Shown: piece by piece, positions 61,529-64,000 of the stretch
Numbering within the stretch: the stretch's first letter is position 1
Layout: each line of letters begins with the position of its first letter
Position numbers and translations under genes: made by a program
Notes under the pieces: model-generated
Seen by the model: the letters and a program-made list of their open reading frames with translations, nothing else
What the model was told of the DNA's origin: nothing
Databases searched by the model: none
Origin: a bacterium
GTDB taxonomy: Bacteria > Zhuqueibacterota > Zhuqueibacteria > Residuimicrobiales > Krinioviventaceae
DNA: 64,000 nucleotides
Assembly: GCA_963675755.2 (NCBI GenBank)
Contig: CAXXMD010000001.1
Location: 96,001-160,000 of the forward strand
Direction: 5' to 3'

Positions 61529-62557
61529 ATGAAGCTATCCGATTTTAAATACAACCTGCCTGAAAAGCTGATTGCGCAGTACCCGGAAGAAAAACGTGAC
61601 AAAAGTCGTATGATGGTTGTTGATCGTGAACAAGAATCCTTTGAGGAACATGTATTTAAAGACATTGTCAGTTATATGGAAGAAGGCGATTGTCTTGTAT
61701 TGAACGAAACCAAGGTGTTCCCGGCAAGGTTAGAGGGTACAAAAGACAAAACCGATGCCCGGGTAGAAGTTTTTTTGCTGCGTGAGCTGGAGCAAGGTCT
61801 TTGGGAAGTATTGGTTAAGCCGGCCAGAAAGGTACGTGTTGGAAATCGGTTAAGCATTGGTAAAGAACTGTCTTGTGATGTTATTGATAATACTGTGTCA
61901 GGTGGACGAGTTGTTCGTTTTAATTTTGACGGAGACCTTTACAAAGTAGTTGACCAGATTGGTAAATCACCTTTACCTCCATACATCAAGCGTGAACCTG
62001 AACCCATGGATAAAGACCGCTATCAAACTGTTTATGCACGTGTACGCGGAGCTGTTGCTGCTCCCACCGCTGGTTTACATTTTACCAAAGAGCTGCTAAA
62101 CAAAATTGAGAAAAAGGGTGTTAAAATTGTACCCCTGGTATTGCATTTAGGTTTAGGAAGTTTTAGACCTGTTGTGGTTGAAGATCTGGGTCGTCACAAG
62201 ATGGATTCAGAGTTTTATGAAATCACCCAGGAAGCAGCTGAAATGATTAATGAGACCAAAGAGAACAAGAAAAAAGTTATTGCAGTTGGCACTAGTGTTG
62301 TAAGGGCTTTGGAAACCAGTGTGACATCTGAAGGTTGGGCAAAGGCGAGTAGTGGATGGACCGACAAGTTTATTTATCCTCCTTATGATTTTAAAATTGT
62401 TGACCGGCTTGTTACCAATTTCCATTTACCAAACTCTACTTTGTTGATGCTGGTTTCTGCGTTTGGTGGAAGAGATTTGGTTTTTAAAGCATACCGAAAA
62501 GCAATTCGGGAAAAATTTCGCTTTTATAGCTATGGCGATGCAATGCTGGTCAAATAA
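61529..62557 (+). CDS. queA: SAM:tRNA ribosyltransferase-isomerase
   Basis: 'LP..LIAQYP', 'PLPPYI', 'YQTVYA', 'AAPTAGLHF', 'TNFHLP', 'FYSYGDAM'. Confidence 0.97.
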   Translation: MKLSDFKYNLPEKLIAQYPEEKRDKSRMMVVDREQESFEEHVFKDIVSYMEEGDCLVLNETKVFPARLEGTKDKTDARVEVFLLRELEQGLWEVLVKPARKVRVGNRLSIGKELSCDVIDNTVSGGRVVRFNFDGDLYKVVDQIGKSPLPPYIKREPEPMDKDRYQTVYARVRGAVAAPTAGLHFTKELLNKIEKKGVKIVPLVLHLGLGSFRPVVVEDLGRHKMDSEFYEITQEAAEMINETKENKKKVIAVGTSVVRALETSVTSEGWAKASSGWTDKFIYPPYDFKIVDRLVTNFHLPNSTLLMLVSAFGGRDLVFKAYRKAIREKFRFYSYGDAMLVK

Positions 62558-62572
62558 TAAAGGTGTGATTCA

Positions 62573-63253
62573 TTGTCCAAGATTGCTGCGATTATAGCTG
62601 CTGCTGGATCAGGTACGCGAATTGGTGGCCCTGTTAAGAAACAATTTATTTCAATCCATGGAAAACCTCTGCTTCAATATACGCTGGAGGTTTTTCAGCG
62701 TTGTACAGTGATTAATGAGATTGTTGTTGTAGGTCCGACTGAAGGATTTGAAGAATTAAAAGATACAATACAATCTCAATGGAATATATCGAAATTGCGA
62801 TCAGTTGTGGTTGGAGGCAATGAACGTTATGTTTCCGTATTGAATGGATTGAACGCAGTCAGTAGTGATGCTGAATGGGTTGCTATTCATGATGGTGTTC
62901 GTCCTTTTGTGAGTGTTGAAAAGATAATCCAAGTCGTTGAGGCTGCTAAATTGAATGGCGCTGCGATTCTTGCAGTTAAGCCAAAAGATACAATAAAAGT
63001 GAATCGGGATGGTTTTGTAAAAGAGACGTTGGATCGTGATTCATTGGCTTTGGTGCAAACTCCTCAAGTCTTTAGTATTGAGTTGCTGAAAAGGGCCTAT
63101 GATAAAGCTATTGCAGAAAATTCATTTGGTACCGATGACGCATATTTGGTTGAACGAATTGGCAACAAGGTTGCCGTTGTTGAAGGTGAGTATTCGAATA
63201 TAAAGATCACTTCTCCGGAAGATCTATTGATAGCAGAAAAATTTATAGGTTAA
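62573..63253 (+). CDS. ispD: MEP cytidylyltransferase
   Basis: 'AAAGSGTR', 'KQF', 'IHDGVRP', 'QTPQ.F', 'N.KIT..EDL'. Confidence 0.95.
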   Translation: MSKIAAIIAAAGSGTRIGGPVKKQFISIHGKPLLQYTLEVFQRCTVINEIVVVGPTEGFEELKDTIQSQWNISKLRSVVVGGNERYVSVLNGLNAVSSDAEWVAIHDGVRPFVSVEKIIQVVEAAKLNGAAILAVKPKDTIKVNRDGFVKETLDRDSLALVQTPQVFSIELLKRAYDKAIAENSFGTDDAYLVERIGNKVAVVEGEYSNIKITSPEDLLIAEKFIG

Positions 63254-63254
63254 T

Positions 63255-63725
63255 ATGCGTATTGGGCATGGATTTGATGTACATCGGTTAGTACCCGATC
63301 GGGATCTGATTCTGGGAGGTGTTAATATACCTTTCGAGTTGGGTCTTTTGGGACATTCTGACGCAGATGTGTTATGCCATGCTATTAGTGATGCGTTATT
63401 AGGTGCTGTCGCATTAGGCGATATTGGAAAGCATTTTCCTGATACAGATCCCGAATACAAGGGAGCTTCCAGTATATTCTTGTTGGAGCGTGTTGTGGCC
63501 CTGTTGGAAAAAAGAGGATATACGATAGGAAATGTAGATGCAACTGTTGTTGCTCAGCGTCCCAAATTGGCACCATTCATACATCATATGCGAGAGAATC
63601 TTGCAAATAGCTTGAAAGTTGATATAGATTATGTTTCCGTCAAGGCCACTACAACAGAAGGTTTGGGATTTACGGGAACCGGAGAAGGAATAGCTGTTCA
63701 TGCTGTGGTTTTGATCAATGAATAG
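63255..63725 (+). CDS. ispF: MEcDP synthase
   Basis: 'RIGHGFDVH', 'GHSDADV..HA..DA', 'GDIG.HFP', 'KATTTE.LG'. Confidence 0.96.
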   Translation: MRIGHGFDVHRLVPDRDLILGGVNIPFELGLLGHSDADVLCHAISDALLGAVALGDIGKHFPDTDPEYKGASSIFLLERVVALLEKRGYTIGNVDATVVAQRPKLAPFIHHMRENLANSLKVDIDYVSVKATTTEGLGFTGTGEGIAVHAVVLINE

Positions 63726-63739
63726 GTAAAGGTAAATTT

Positions 63740-64000
63740 ATGGGATTATATATTTATAATAGTCTGAGTCGTCAAAAAGAAGAATTTGTCCCAATTCAAG
63801 AGGGGCGTGTATCGATGTACGTTTGCGGCCCGACAGTGTATGATTATCCACACATTGGCCATGCAAAAAGTTATGTATCTTTTGATATTGTTGTGCGCTA
63901 TTTGCGTTACCTTGGTTATAATGTACGCTATGTTCAAAATATAACGGACGTGGGGCATCTTTTGGATTCAGGTGAAGACCGGATCTTGAAACGTGCAGAA
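63740..64000 (+). CDS. cysS: Cysteine--tRNA ligase (3' truncated by window edge; absent from the ORF track)
   Basis: Translates [18 protein letters not shown]...[21 protein letters not shown]...NITDVGH (HIGH motif). Confidence 0.95.
   Translation, partial: MGLYIYNSLSRQKEEFVPIQEGRVSMYVCGPTVYDYPHIGHAKSYVSFDIVVRYLRYLGYNVRYVQNITDVGHLLDSGEDRILKRAE

Overview
Bacterial chromosomal window, mostly AT-rich. The C-terminal 'PVEMSSF...NYPNPFN' secretion-type tail suggests an FCB-superphylum lineage such as KSB1 or Calditrichota-like; this is inference only. The left ~30 kb is accessory and catabolic: a Cthe_2159-type beta-helix protein, a Ub-Mut7-C RNase plus tryptophanase pair bordered by short-period repeats, GH29, a LamG-cohesin-dockerin secreted protein, uxaA, a GH28/GH35/PKD/GH28 pectin cluster, and two small secreted repeat proteins, each behind a consensus sigma54 promoter. 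The middle holds a dcw cluster that lacks murE, murD, murC and murB, has a frameshifted murF, and carries a small unknown ORF between ftsA and ftsZ. The right holds a 12-kb minus-strand central-metabolism block: Re-citrate synthase, IDH, lutABC, acnA and an Ldh_2 dehydrogenase. It is followed by yebC-ruvCAB-queA-ispDF-cysS. The best candidate for a new system is a two-gene module wedged, with overlapping reading frames, between Re-citrate synthase and IDH. It encodes a gamma-glutamylcyclotransferase fused to a glutamine-synthetase/amidoligase-like domain, plus a stand-alone RsbRD_N-like protein. No rRNA, tRNA, CRISPR array or transposase was recognised. All calls are from motif reading; no database searches were run.
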